NCBI GenBank assembly: GCA_951406725.2
Contig: OX597833.1
Location: forward strand, 26,226,001-26,290,000
Length of the DNA: 64,000 nt
Source of the DNA: Octopus vulgaris
Lineage: Eukaryota
Direction of reading: 5' to 3'
A program made the translations under genes and the position numbers. The stretch's first letter is position 1; every line of letters starts with the position of its first letter. Below, in pieces: positions 13,137 to 25,569 of this stretch. The notes under the pieces were generated by a model, which did not search any database, was not told the DNA's origin, and saw nothing but the letters and a program-made list of their open reading frames with translations.

Positions 13137-13597
13137 TCAGCTTCCAGCCACATAGTTCCGGGTTCAGGCCAGCAAAGTGGCACCTTAGATGTGTGTCTTC
13201 TACTATAACCCGTGCAAAGTAAATCTTTGAGAGTGGATCTGAGAGACCTAAGCTAAAAGGAAACATTGTGTGTGTGTGTTTGTGTGTGTATGAATGTATG
13301 TGAATAGATGGTTGGATGGATGAATGGATGGATGGATGTATGGATAGATGGTTAGATGGATGGATGGAGGGAGGAGGGAAGGATAGATGTGCATGTGCCT
13401 TTGTTTTTGTCCCTCGCCATTGTTTATCAATCGGTATCTGTTTGTTTACGTCCTCATATTTTAGCGAAACCGATAGATTAAGTAGAAAGGCTTAGAAAAT
13501 GAGAATCGAAGAGCGATCAGTTCGACTAAAACCTTTCAAGGTAGTGCCCCAGCATGGCGCAGCCCAATGACCGAAACAAGTATAAGATGAAAGATAT
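13137..13597 (+). mobile_element. SINE family S2 with internal microsatellite
   Basis: GCTTCCAGCCACATAGTTCCGGGTTCAG head, internal (TG)n/(GGAT)n, 3' GTGCCCCAGCATGGC...AATGACCGAAACAAGT. Homologous to 27007-27432 and 32142-33208. Confidence 0.7.
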
Positions 13598-13683
13598 AAG
13601 AATATATATGTTTGTATATATGTGTGTGTTGGTACACATATATATGTGTGGGGGTGTACACATATATATATTTGTGTGTGTGT

Positions 13684-13730
<47 letters not shown>

Positions 13731-14238
13731 TGTGTGTGTGTTATGCATTCTACATTGTATATACGCAAGCGTGCATTCATACATACAATCATTATGTACA
13801 TACGCATATACATATTAATGCGAAACTTGTTTTTTTTTTGCTCTATACATGAATATTCACATGAATGTATTCCTTTCAGCTGTAAGAATGCGCATGTGTT
13901 TCTCTCTGTAAATATCTCCGCATGTAATTAATATTTGTTTGTGGATTTATGTGAATCGACGAGATTTTACGGCTGTGTTGACGTGTACATGCATTTGTGC
14001 TTATATGTATGTTCTGTGGAAACTACGTATGTTGTTGTTTAGCCACTGGTTGACTCAGCAGGCTTATGATCAAAATTCTTCCAGAAATGACCACGCCTCC
14101 TTGTTCTTTTTAGGAATAGTGTATCTAACACTATTATTTAACATATCGCTCCATTTTTTTTTTCAAGTGGTAAGATGTGATTCGCAGGTAGGTCTGCTGC
14201 TACATTAACTTTCTCTGTTCTACTTACATGTCTTGTGT

Positions 14239-14297
14239 GTTAGCGCGTGCATGCATGCGTTAGCGCGTGCATGCATGCGTTAGCGCGTGCATGCGTA
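14239..14297. repeat. 20-bp tandem repeat (GTTAGCGCGTGCATGCATGC) x ~3
   Basis: Directly visible tandem units, CpG-rich and partly self-complementary. Confidence 0.85.
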
Positions 14298-14779
14298 TCG
14301 ACGTCAGCCAAGCTAACAGGTCAATCTCTCTGGTTGACACTTACTTGTCTCACATTCTTTCCTTTGATCTTTCGTTTCACCATTTATAGATACATGCAGA
14401 CATATATATTCATATACTAATACATGCATATAAATAACCGCGCGCCAACAGACATACGCATGCACTTACACACACATACACACTCACACATACACTTTTC
14501 AATGCAGGAATATGTGTATGTGTTTCTACTTGGATGTATATGCGTAAGTACGTATGTGGTTGTGTGTGTGTGTGTGTGTTTACGTGTGTGTGTGTGTGTG
14601 TGTGTGTTTACGTACGTGCTTACTGACGTTTAAATCATTAACATTTACAGCTATTGCAGTGTTCTGCTGGATAAAATGTATAAATGCGAAGAGAGAGAAT
14701 GCGTTCAGAAAACTTGTTGAAATATCAAATAAATAAATAATGGTTGGAAATCGGGTAGAAAGCGTGTATTTATGATGCA

Positions 14780-14814
<35 letters not shown>

Positions 14815-15955
14815 GCACACACACTCACACAAAACACACATGTATACATACATAACGTGGCAAATATCGACAAGTAGAAAACTTGTAAAAATAAGCAGAA
14901 AATATCTACAAAATGTGTAGTAGTTGTAGAAATAATGATTGAACTTTTTATAACATATAAAATCGAAGAGATATCGCTTTTCTCTTGTCGTTATTATGTG
15001 GAAAATGTATCCGTATTAAAGAAACAATTTACTCTGGTTAACAGGTGAAATCCAACGGTTAGATGTTTTGAAATTGCGCGTCAAAAACTTGTCGAGTAAG
15101 TTTTGTAAACAGAAACGTTTGGAGAGAGATAAGAAATTCTTTAGACATGTAACCATAATAATTTGTGCATCCATGGGAAAGTTATTAAGATAGATAAAAT
15201 ACAATGTTAATACTTGAAAAACGCATGCCAAATATAAGAAAACTTAAGCAGGTTGATAACGGGTAGAATACCTTTAAGAAAACGGACATAAAATTCATGT
15301 GAATTGTTTTTAAACTTTTGATAACAATATATAAAAGTAACAAATAACACACATGGACACAGACGTGTCAATATATACATGCACACATTCAACAGCAACA
15401 ACAACAAATTAGAATGTGTACAAAACGGTCCGGAAGGAGATTTGATTCTAATGGTAGAATGGTAGAAATGATTGAAAAACAAACAAACAAGGTTTTGGTA
15501 GGAAACACTAGTGCCAAGGAGTGGGGGGAGGAGAAAAGTAAAGAGAGCGAAAACACTTGTAGAACAAGGGTGAGTAACAATAGGGCTGTGTTATTGTTGA
15601 AGTGTGAATTTCGAACAATGGTGCCGATAGACACGCTATTACAGATAGATAAATAGATAGGTAGATAGATAGATAGAGAGAGAGATGGGTAGATGGATAG
15701 AGAGATAGATAGATACATGCATGCATACATACATACATATCCATATACCTATATATACATATATATATGTGTGTGTGTATATCTATCTATCTATATATTA
15801 TATATATATACGTATGTATGTATGTATGTATGTATGTATGTATGTATGTATGTATGTATGTATGTATGTATGTACAAACACTCACACGGCACACACCCAG
15901 ATCCTTACGCGAATACATTATTATGATAGAAAATATAGCGTTAACGTATACCTAC

Positions 15956-16051
15956 CGGAGGTTCGGAGCGAGGAGTGAATAGCGAAGAGTCAAATGACAG
16001 ACCACGTTTGAGTTTGACAGTTCGTGTCCAAATTTTTCGCCTCAAGGACAT
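15956..16051 (-). CDS. Candidate first coding exon of an unidentified host gene (MSLRRKIWTRTVKLKRGLSFDSSLFTPRSEPP)
   Basis: ATG at 16051 in GAAAATGT context is the first in-frame ATG after a stop near 16529. 32 non-repetitive codons end at a CCG|GTAGGT donor (phase 0). Upstream is a long CpG- and trinucleotide-rich, TE-poor region. Confidence 0.4.
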
Positions 16052-16079
16052 TTTCCCTCTTAATAGTAATACCTCACCG

Positions 16080-16661
16080 TTATCCTCAGGGATGCTTGTG
16101 GTGATGGGCGTGGAGGCGGTGGAGTTAGCGGTGTATGTCGTCGACGTCGACGTCGTCGTCGTGTTGGGGTTAGGGGTCGCCGTGGTGAAGGTGGGGGTGG
16201 TGCTACTGATGGCGGTGATGGTTGTGGTGGTTGTGGTTGTGGTGGTGGTGGTGGTGGTGGTAGAGATGTTTATTGTTACTGTTGACGCTGCCGTAGTTGT
16301 TTTTTTCTTATAGTTTTTCCTGACGTTAGATATTTGTTGTGGCTGTTGTGGTTGTTGTTGGTGGTTAGAGGTGATGGTAGAAATGGTCGTGAACTTTTTG
16401 ATGCCGGTTATAATGTTGATGATGACAATACTGCTGCTGCGGCTGCTGCTGCTGATGATGATGGTGATAATGACTGATGAGGATGATGGTAATGAGGAGG
16501 AAGGAATGGATTTAATAGTGTTGCTCTTCTAATAATGTTGTTCACGTTGATGATAATGATGATGATGATGATGCAGGTGGTGGTAGTGATGGTGGTGTTG
16601 TGCTTAGTGCCAGTGGTTTTGGTATTGTAGTTATCGTTATTGTTGTTGTTATTGTTGTTGC

Positions 16662-16698
<37 letters not shown>

Positions 16699-18375
16699 GC
16701 TGTTGTTAGGTGTTGTTAAGTTAATGCTGCGGTTGCTTGTGGTTAATAGTTACTGATGGCGGTGATAATGGTGGTGATGGTGGTGGTGGTGGTGGTGGTG
16801 GTGGTGGTGGTGGTGGTGGTAGAAGTGTGTTGTTGTTTGTGTTGTTGTTGTTGTTGTTGTTGTTATTGGTGGTGGGTGTCCTGGGTTGTATTGGTGGTTA
16901 GGTAATAATTGCTCTTGTTCTTGTTGATGATGATGATGATGGTATGTGTATGTGATGGCAGGGTGATGGCGGTAGCGGTAATGGTGACGGTGTTAACAGA
17001 GGCGATGACGGTGGTGACAATGATCAGTGTACCGGTTGTAGTAGTATCAACAGCAGTAGTGGTGGTGAGTGTGACGGTAGTAGTGCATGTAATAGTGTAT
17101 GAGGGGTAGTATTAGTGGTAGTGGTACTTGTAATGGTAAGAGCCGTGGCGATGGTACCAGTGGTGGTTAAAATGGCGGGGATAGTTGAGGTTGTTGCTAT
17201 TGTGACTATGGTGCGGATGAGGGGTGGTGGCGACGGTGGTGGTGGTGGTGTAGGTGGTGGTGGTGGTGGTGGTGGTGCTAGTTGCGAATTCCCTTGTTGC
17301 TAGGTCAACCCTTTAAGAGTTGATGTGACCAGAGGCGTTCTAGTTGAGACCATCCCGTTTTTTATTTTCTATTTCTTCCTTTATTTATTTATTTATTTAT
17401 TTATTCATTTATCATTATTATTATTATTTTGTTTGTTTTGAAACAGTGTCCAAATCTTTTGAGACAGTAGTGCATGACGTGTAAGAGATTTGGCTGCTAT
17501 ATCTAGCAGGTTAAATAACAGCATAAGTGACCGGTATCACCCTTTGTTTTTTTTACTTGTGATACTGGTAGAGGTGGCGTTTGTGGTACTGGGTGGAGGG
17601 GTAGTGCTGGTGGTGGCAATGGCGGTGGTTGCGATGGTGGTGGTGGTGGTGATGGTGGTTTTTGACAGAGACCGTATTGATGTAGTTGTGTTGGTGTCGC
17701 TGGTGCTTGTAGCCGTGGTCGTGGTCGTGGTGATGCTAAATCCGTTGTGGCTGGTAGCTAAGACTGATGATCACGGTAACACTTCTTTGAGTTGTTGTTG
17801 TTGTTGTTCTTGTAATTATTGTTGCTAATTAGACTTATTCCTGGTATCACTTTTCTTCTCCGTCCTATTGCTGTTACTGTTGTTGTCCTTCTTCCTGTCG
17901 TCGTCGTCGTCGTCGTTGTTCTTGTCGCTGTTGTCGTTGACACTTTTGTTGTTGTTGTTGTCAGTCTTGTTTTTGTTGTTGGTGGTGTTGTCTCAAGCGA
18001 CGAGAGGGAGGCGGTGGTTGTAAGAAAGTGTGGCAAACACGTTGAGGAGAGGACGACAACAGCAGCGACGGCAACGGCGCGGCGACAGCAACTATGATAA
18101 TGATGACGGTGATGCTGAACCTGACGCTGACGAAACGACGGCAGAGAAGGTGGCGATGATGGTAATGTCAGCGGCGATGATTATATATACTAATGATGCT
18201 GACGAAGACAGCGACTATGACACGACGACGACGACGAAGACGATGATGAAAATGATGATGACGATGATGATGATGATGACGATGATGATGATGACGATGA
18301 CAGCGCCTATGACACCACGACGACGACCAAGACGATGATGAGAATGATGATGACGATGATGAGAATGATGATGAC

Positions 18376-18415
<40 letters not shown>

Positions 18416-19034
18416 TGGTAGCTGCTACAATCTCCGCCGCGATTCGAAAATACTCCGACGACACGGTGCTCCGACGTTCCACTCCTCAGAAGATCACCGC
18501 CCACGCCAGCGCCCCTCTCATGCTCTCGCGCTTTACGTTCACCCTGTGACTCTTAAGCGTGTCTATCGGTATGTGTGTATGTGTGTCCATGTGTTTTAGC
18601 GAGCATGTGTATATCTCGCCACGTATGCTTGTGTGCGTGTGTGAGAGTGTACGCATAAACGTTTGAATATGAATTTATTCTCTAAATGTATGGGTCTATC
18701 TGTCTGTCTGTCTATCGTTATGTATGTATGCATGTGTGTGTGTGACTGCATGTATAAATGAATATATGTGCGTGTGTGCTTGTGTGTATTTGTGCGTGTG
18801 TGTCGCTTCGTTCATTGACAATTAGCTACCCTTCTCTTCCTCACACACCCTCACTCTCACTCCTTCTCACTCTCTCTCTCACTCTTTCTCTCCTTTTCTT
18901 GTTATTCTCTCCCAACCACCCTGATACTCTCTCTCTCTCTCTCTTTCAGTCACTGTCTCACTAATTTCCTACCTACTATTGTTCATCCCAATCTCTCTCT
19001 CTTTCTCCCTCTCTCTCCCTCACTCTCTCTCTCC

Positions 19035-19087
<53 letters not shown>

Positions 19088-19443
19088 TCTCTCTAAACTA
19101 CTAATCTATCTCGCTGTATTCCTGTGTCTTTGTCTTCCCATATTCAACGCTCACACACTTTAAATCCTTCCGAGAGACCATCTTACACATTCTTTTTTCC
19201 CGTTACTTCATTTTCTCTCTCTCCTTTTCTCCCCCTATAATCTTTCTCTCTCTCGCTCGCTCTCATGTACACACACACACGCATGCACGCACAAACACAC
19301 AACACGCGCTTATATATCTGTTGCACACTCGCACATACCCATACAAACTACATCTCTTATTCTTTCTCTCTCTCTCTAACACACATGCACACTCTTCCTC
19401 ACGCATACACACACGCTTTCCACCTCCCCTTCCTCACTCTCTC

Positions 19444-19480
<37 letters not shown>

Positions 19481-19557
19481 ACCTTTGCAGAACACAATGC
19501 GGCGGCCTCACTTCCACATATGCATTGCCATCGCTAGCCACCAACAGAACCACAGTA

Positions 19558-19626
<69 letters not shown>

Positions 19627-19908
19627 ACTCGTTCTGATGCTGCTGCCCCTGCTGCTGCTGCTGCTACCCCTGCTGCTGCTGCAGCTAATACTAATACTGC
19701 TACTCCTAATACAAGCACTGTTTATGGCAAGAGTTGGTAGTTACTGCTGCTGCTGCTGCAGTTTACTGCTTCGATCAACTGTAGGAAATATAGCAGCAGC
19801 AGCAGCAGTAGCAGCAACAGCGGTGGGGCCTGGGCTGAGCGTGGGGTGGGAGCTTATCCAACTACAGTCAGTGTACGACCACGATCACCAATGCAGATGT
19901 AATTGAAC

Positions 19909-19942
<34 letters not shown>

Positions 19943-20050
19943 CACTACTACTACTACTATTACTACTACTACTACTATTACTGCTGCTACCACAACTACT
20001 ACTACTTCTACTGCTACCACAACTACTAATGTGGCTGCAGCTGTTTTGAA
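16080..20050. repeat. Trinucleotide-repeat-rich ((GGT),(GTT),(GAT),(GCT),(CTA)), CpG-enriched block, probably 5' UTR/promoter
   Basis: About 4 kb dominated by trinucleotide tracts plus a (CT)n block, lacking the long (TA)n arrays seen elsewhere. The minus-strand frames checked are interrupted by stops. Confidence 0.6.
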
Positions 20051-20324
20051 ATATTGAAAAACAATTAATATTCTCATAGTGTAAAGGGGTATATTCTAAA
20101 CAATTACACATTTATGATATGTGGTATAAGGGTGTACGGTCAGGAAGAAGTGTCACAACCACGTGGTGAAGATATCTTCCTAACTCAGAACGAGCAATAA
20201 CTTTCAAAGACTATATTATAAACAGAAACACTTTCTCCCTGCCTTACTCATTCTGATTCTGTCTCTTCCATATGTATGTTTGTGTGTCTCTGTCTGTGTA
20301 AACATATATATATATATATATATA

Positions 20325-20770
20325 CAAAATGGGACAAGAACGCAAAATATCCGGACAACTAGGTGATACAAAAAGGGACAACAAACATCCAGATAGATGA
20401 TACAAAAAAAAAAAAAAAAACAAGGACGGGTCATTCGAAGCTTTGTATCCTCAGTCAAGAACCGGACCATCCTCGAAATTTCGGCTGATTATTCTTGAGA
20501 TTGCTCAAATCTGGCCAGCCCAAAGAAAAACTAAGCTAAGAGCATTAGATTCCTTGGAAGACAGCATCAAATGTATACAAAAACAAGGACGGAAAAACAG
20601 ACGATGTTACACGAATATAAACACTATAAATACAAATATAAAAACAATAAAAATGATAACAGGATATAACAACAGTTGTCTTTCGACTGGGGACGAATTG
20701 AATTAAGCTGGCGCATGTGGAAGTGAAGCCTTAAGGCAGAGATACAAAGCTTTCAGAGACACAGGGAAGA
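20325..20770 (-). mobile_element. Probable PLE-type pseudo-LTR fragment adjoining (TA)n
   Basis: Unique sequence starting immediately after (TA)n, with internal repeats (GATACAAAAA, AAAACAAGGACGG x2) and only weak hammerhead-like boxes on the minus strand (CTCAAGA...GCCGAAA; CTGAGGA). Confidence 0.35.
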
Positions 20771-21500
20771 GAGAGAGAGGGGGAGAGAGAAAGTGAGAGA
20801 GTTTTAGAAGTGACGTACAGATATTGTATATGAAGAATAATAAGGTCGTCAGAATATAATCATCCAACATTCTGCTGACTACATTATCATGAGCATCTCT
20901 AAGGAACTAGGCAGACAAAATAAAATCCGGCTCATGGAAGGGTAAATGAACACACGCAAAAGCTGGAAAAAACCGCAAACAATAGACATAGACATGCTCC
21001 ATATCTAATCAGTTATTGACCAAATATCACGATCTCGACACCTACATAAACACATAGGTACATATTATATGTGTGTATTTGTGTGTGTGTTTGTATGTCT
21101 GTCTCTATATGCCAGTAAACGTAAAACGGTGAAAACCAAATTAACCATGAGTTTATAAATGTTTATCTTGTTGCAACATCGAAAGTATTGTATCGTAGTA
21201 GGGAGCAACTTCTCCATATACAAAAGTGAAAGTAGAACGTCCGGTCCAAGAGATAGAATTAAACTTAGTCGACACAATGTTTCGGAGTAAAAATCGTCTG
21301 TTCAGTAGTAGACAGACGCTGTCGAGTACTTTCGAACTAATACAAGGAAATGTTTCGTTCTCCCATATCGTTTATAAGGAAAATTAGATTATACGCCACT
21401 ATACCCTACAACAGAGAGTTATTGTCATTTTGGATTTTGCAGAAACATCTTTGTGTTTGCATAAGCCTATGTGTATACGTGCGAAAATGACCGTCGTTGT

Positions 21501-21648
21501 CAGGGGCGGATACAAGAGGTTTGATGAGGTGCACTCAAGAAAAGAAGTGCGCTTTTCTGAATAATGTTATTACGCCCGTTTTTTCATGGAATTGCATTGC
21601 CTGCTGACTTTGTGACCTCCCTTCGAAAAATTACTGGGACCGGCCCTG
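21501..21648. mobile_element. Old hAT-type MITE
   Basis: Left end CAGGGGCGGATAC, right end GGACCGGCCCTG (imperfect TIR of the CAGGGGCGGATCCAG type). 8-bp flanks GTCGTTGT / GATGTTTT match at 5 of 8. Confidence 0.4.
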
Positions 21649-21973
21649 GATGTTTTAATTCTAAACAACTTAGGAGCCTATGTTGTGTACCGTTATATCC
21701 AGTGAGGAGAGCGACAAAATTAATCGAGAAAAAGAAAAAAAATATCGGTATTGTCGAAAATAACCTTCCAAGTTGGAGCCTCATAATAACTGGAATAAAA
21801 TAACTGAAACAAGTGACAGAATAATTTGTGTATCGGAATAAGATCAGTGAGCGTGAGTGCTTCCCCAAAGTGAAACGCGAATAGATTAGATTGCAAACAT
21901 ACTTTTGTATTTAAAGTTATATCTATTTGTATATATATTCTTTCTATTACTCTATGTGTGTATATATATACAT

Positions 21974-22025
<52 letters not shown>

Positions 22026-22110
22026 GTATATTTATATATGTATGTATGTATTCCTCTATTTACATAATATCGTGGTCTCTTTCATTCATTTGTTGCCTTG
22101 CCATTTCTAT

Positions 22111-22155
<45 letters not shown>

Positions 22156-22164
<9 letters not shown>

Positions 22165-22250
22165 GAAGGAGCTTCTACAGGAATGAAACAGTTGAATGAA
22201 ACAGTTGAATGAAACAGTTCTAGTCCTGTAGAAGCTCCTTCTATATAATA
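22156..22250. repeat. Perfect 27-bp inverted repeat enclosing three 13-bp tandem units
   Basis: TATTATATAGAAGGAGCTTCTACAGGA (22156-22182) / TCCTGTAGAAGCTCCTTCTATATAATA (22224-22250); spacer (GAATGAAACAGTT)x3; within (TA)n. Confidence 0.9.
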
Positions 22251-22319
22251 AATTAATTTTACTCTGCTATGTATTGAGTACCTTATTTACTGTGGTTAAC
22301 CCCGAATCAACCCGGGACC

Positions 22320-22359
<40 letters not shown>

Positions 22360-22360
<1 letters not shown>

Positions 22361-22742
22361 TAGCAGTATCGCCCGGCGTTGCTCAGGTTTGTAGGGGAAA
22401 TAACTATAAAGCATTTTTAGAGAGTTATAGCCAAAAAATAGCAAAAAAATGGAAAAAAAATGATGGTAAATTTTTTTTGAGAGTTAAAAAAGGTCGAGTT
22501 GCGTCCCCTAGACAGTCTGTGGTTTGTGTTTCTGTTTCTCGACCCCATGTGGAATTTACCGATTTTTTTCAGAACTGGGGGAACTTTTCAAAATTTTCGC
22601 TGCGTTAGTTTTGAATTATGACATTGGGCTATGTGTGTGTCAAGTTCATCAGAATCGGTTGAAAGCCGTGGTAGGGTGAGGGTACAACCAAACAGACACA
22701 CAGAAACACACACAGACAAACTGCCGTTTATATAGAGAGAGA
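22360..22742 (-). mobile_element. Non-autonomous Helitron
   Basis: Minus strand begins TC (TCTCTCTCTATATAAACGGCAG...) and ends ...CCTGAGCAACGCCGGGCGATACTGCTAG with a subterminal GC hairpin and CTAG. Inserted between A and T in (TA)n, no TSD. Confidence 0.8.
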
Positions 22743-22880
22743 TATATATACATGCATACATACATGCATACATACATGCATACATACATGCATACATACA
22801 TGCATACATACATCCATCCATCCATCCATCCATCCATCCATCCATACATACATACATACATACATACATGCATACATATA

Positions 22881-24407
22881 CAGTAGCGACCATAATATAA
22901 GGGTCAGTAATAACAAGTGTATTGAAATAGTTATTATAGATGACTAACAACACATTGAGTCTAGCTATTTTACAGATATTTAGATGTATCTAATATCTAT
23001 CTTTCGTGAAAATTTCAAGTGAATGGAATAAATATTTCCTAAGTTATAAGGAAATAAACAGACAATCTTCCAAATTGCAGAGGCCAAAAGTTAAGGGACA
23101 CTAAGCAAAAATGACCTACTAACCGAGGTATATGTTGTTTAGAACATATACCTCGGTTAACAGTTACTTCTTATGATCTTGCATTATTCGAACATTCAAC
23201 TGTCAACATGGCGGCTTTCCTATGAGGAAAAACAAAGCATTGTGTGCCTTCACCAAGAGGGCAAGTCAAATTCTACTACTGTAGGAAGGTCTAGAAGTGT
23301 TGTGCAACGAATTGTAGCTAGTTTTAAGCCACCAGGATGGGCAGATGCTAAACCCAAACCTGTAGATCTTTTAAGACTTCCCAAAGACAGGATCGTATTA
23401 TGAATAGAATGTCTCTGAAGGATAGGTTTAAAAGTGCTGCTGAGATATCCCGTGAGTTTAGCTCCACTTCCGATGTCAACGCATCGCGCAAAAGAGTTTC
23501 TCGGAGGTTCTGGGCTGCTTGTTCGGGCACCAGCATTCTGATCTCCAAGAAGAATCCGAGAACCCGTCTTCGTTTCGCTCACGATCAGGTTGTTTGGACA
23601 GAAGAACAGTAGTCGCAGGTTCATTTTAGCGATGAATCGAAGATAATGTGATTGGTTCCAAGGGCGGGATGTAAGTCCGACGAGGAGTGGCGAATGTTTA
23701 TCTCGTGCAAGTGTGAAAAAGACAATGAAATATGGAGGAGGCAGAGTAATAGCATGAGAAGTGATTTCTGCTAGTGTTGCTGATCAATTTATTCGCCTAC
23801 AAAGGAATGTCAATGCTGAAATCTACAAGCAGATTCTTAGACAGCATACCCTTCCACATCTCCGTACTCCGTCAGTCCAACCTGTACTCTTCGCGCTGGA
23901 CAACGCTGAGTGATGAAGGGGTTGATCTCATGGACTAGCCACATCAAAGTCCCGATCTCAACCCTTTAGAAAACGTTTGGAAGATTATTGGAGAAGAGGC
24001 GCGAAGGAGAAATCCAAAGAACCAAGATGAACGCTGGGAATTGTTCAAAAACGAAATTAATTCTATTCTGTGGTAACAGATGTTAGGAAGTCATTGAGAG
24101 TAAAAGGATGTTCACAAAATATTAATAGTAACGGTTTCTTTTTTTTTTCTTTCTTTTTTTTTGTTCTTGTTCCATTTTTCATTGTATTCGTAGATGACCC
24201 TTAACTTTTGGCCGTTGCAGTTTGGAAGATTTTTTGTTTATTTCCTTACGAAATATTCATTCCATTCACTTGCAATTTTCATGAAAGATGGATAGTAGAT
24301 ATGTCAGACTATATGTAAAATATCTAGTGTAAACGTTTTATTAATCTTCTATAATAACTATTTCAATACACTTGTTCTTACTGACCCGTATATTATGGCC
24401 ACTATTG
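22881..24407 (+). mobile_element. Full-length but decayed Tc1-family DNA transposon with ~215-bp TIRs
   Basis: TA|CAGTAGCGACCATAATATAAGGGTCAG ... CTGACCCGTATATTATGGCCACTATTG|TA. TIRs ~22881-23099 and ~24195-24407. Internal transposase remnants present. Confidence 0.92.
23205..24125 (+). pseudogene. Tc1 transposase pseudogene (paired-like HTH + DDE)
   Basis: RLSYEEKQSIVCLHQEGKS...RSRSVVQRIV; RMSLKDRFKSAAEISRE; RLRFAHDQVVWTEEQ*SQVHFSDESK; KYGGGRV; NAEIYKQIL; FALDNA; PHQSPDLNPLENVWKII. Several stops and frameshifts. Confidence 0.88.
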
Positions 24408-24478
24408 TATAAGAAGAAAAAGATAATGAAGACTGGGAAGTTAATGATTGTTTATTCTTAACAGCAAACTAAGCATCA

Positions 24479-24564
24479 TCCTTTACAGCTGTTTCAATTA
24501 ATACTCAGTAAATATTAAGTAAATATTAAATTTATATGACCTGAGCATAATATCTTCGGATGGA
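24479..24564 (-). ncRNA. Degenerate type I hammerhead ribozyme
   Basis: Minus strand TCCAT CCGAAGA t ATTATGCTCAG...CTGAGTATTAAT t GAAAC AGCT GTA AAGGA. Palindromic stem III ACAGCTGT as in the 8322 and 61510 copies; U4 mutated to C. Confidence 0.6.
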
Positions 24565-24619
24565 AGAAAATTTTACCCTTGGATGTTTTGTGTGTGTTTA
24601 TGGATTCATGATAGCAGAC

Positions 24620-24659
<40 letters not shown>

Positions 24660-24867
24660 CATACATACATACATACATACATACATACATACATACATTC
24701 CTACGTACACATTTAAAATTGCACATAATTGCACTTACTGCTGACGATACGAATATATTATAAAGTGATACACATATTACAGAACGAAGAATGTTGTGAA
24801 ACAGCCGTGCTCTTGTCGAATTCACGTGTTTAAATAAAAATGTATTCTGTTTTCATTCTAGCTGTCA

Positions 24868-24903
<36 letters not shown>

Positions 24904-24918
24904 ATGTACATATATATA

Positions 24919-25215
24919 TCTTTATATATAAAAGTCAAGTTGTGTGTCTGTCTCCTACGATTTAGATTCCTAACTACTCCCACATTTTGCGGTGCAGTTT
25001 AACCAAAACCGGGTATCTTATAGTCGTGATTCATATCGAGCCCTTCTGGGTATTAGCGCGCGTCTACGATGAGTCTACGATTTAAAAAAAAAATACCATC
25101 ATTTTTTATTCCATTTTTAATGCATTTTTTTGCTATTTTTTGGCTATAACTCTCTAAAAATGCTTATATAGTTATTTCCCTTACAAACCCGAGCAACGCC
25201 GGGCGATACTGCTAG
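24919..25215 (+). mobile_element. Non-autonomous Helitron
   Basis: A|TCTTTATATATAAAAG...ACCCGAGCAACGCCGGGCGATACTGCTAG|T: 5' TC, 3' hairpin plus CTAG, inserted in (TA)n without TSD. Confidence 0.82.
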
Positions 25216-25469
25216 TATATATATATATATATATATAATTTCAACAATTGAGGGTAAAATTAATTAATTATTAATCAATTTCACCAAGTATTCAGTATGT
25301 AAAGGGACCATTTTAGGCGAATTCAAAATATTACATTATATATAAGGGCTTAGTAAAATAAATTACTTTGCCACATACTGAACTCATTAGAAATAGCAGC
25401 TAAAGAAATTTCTTCAGCTATTTCTAATACTTAAAGAAGATCTCTCTCAGATAGTGTTTGCCTAAACCA

Positions 25470-25569
<100 letters not shown>

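Noticed and set aside
16071-16080. Alternative splice donor ACG|GTGAGG on the minus strand
   Set aside because: It lies upstream of the only in-frame ATG and cannot be evaluated without transcripts. The 15956 donor gives a more coherent model.
17295-17530. Old dispersed repeat (GATTTGGCTGCTATATCTAGCAGG; relatives near 14040-14210, 38060-38100, 40730-40790)
   Set aside because: Probably a real ancient repeat, but too decayed to define its ends or class.
17758-18504. Thr/Ser/His-rich ORFs suggesting a mucin-like or transcription-factor exon
   Set aside because: The frames checked are closed by stops within ~150 codons and consist mainly of trinucleotide repeats.
22181-22222. Short tandem units within a palindrome, superficially CRISPR-like
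   Set aside because: No unique spacers, no cas genes, and a eukaryotic context.
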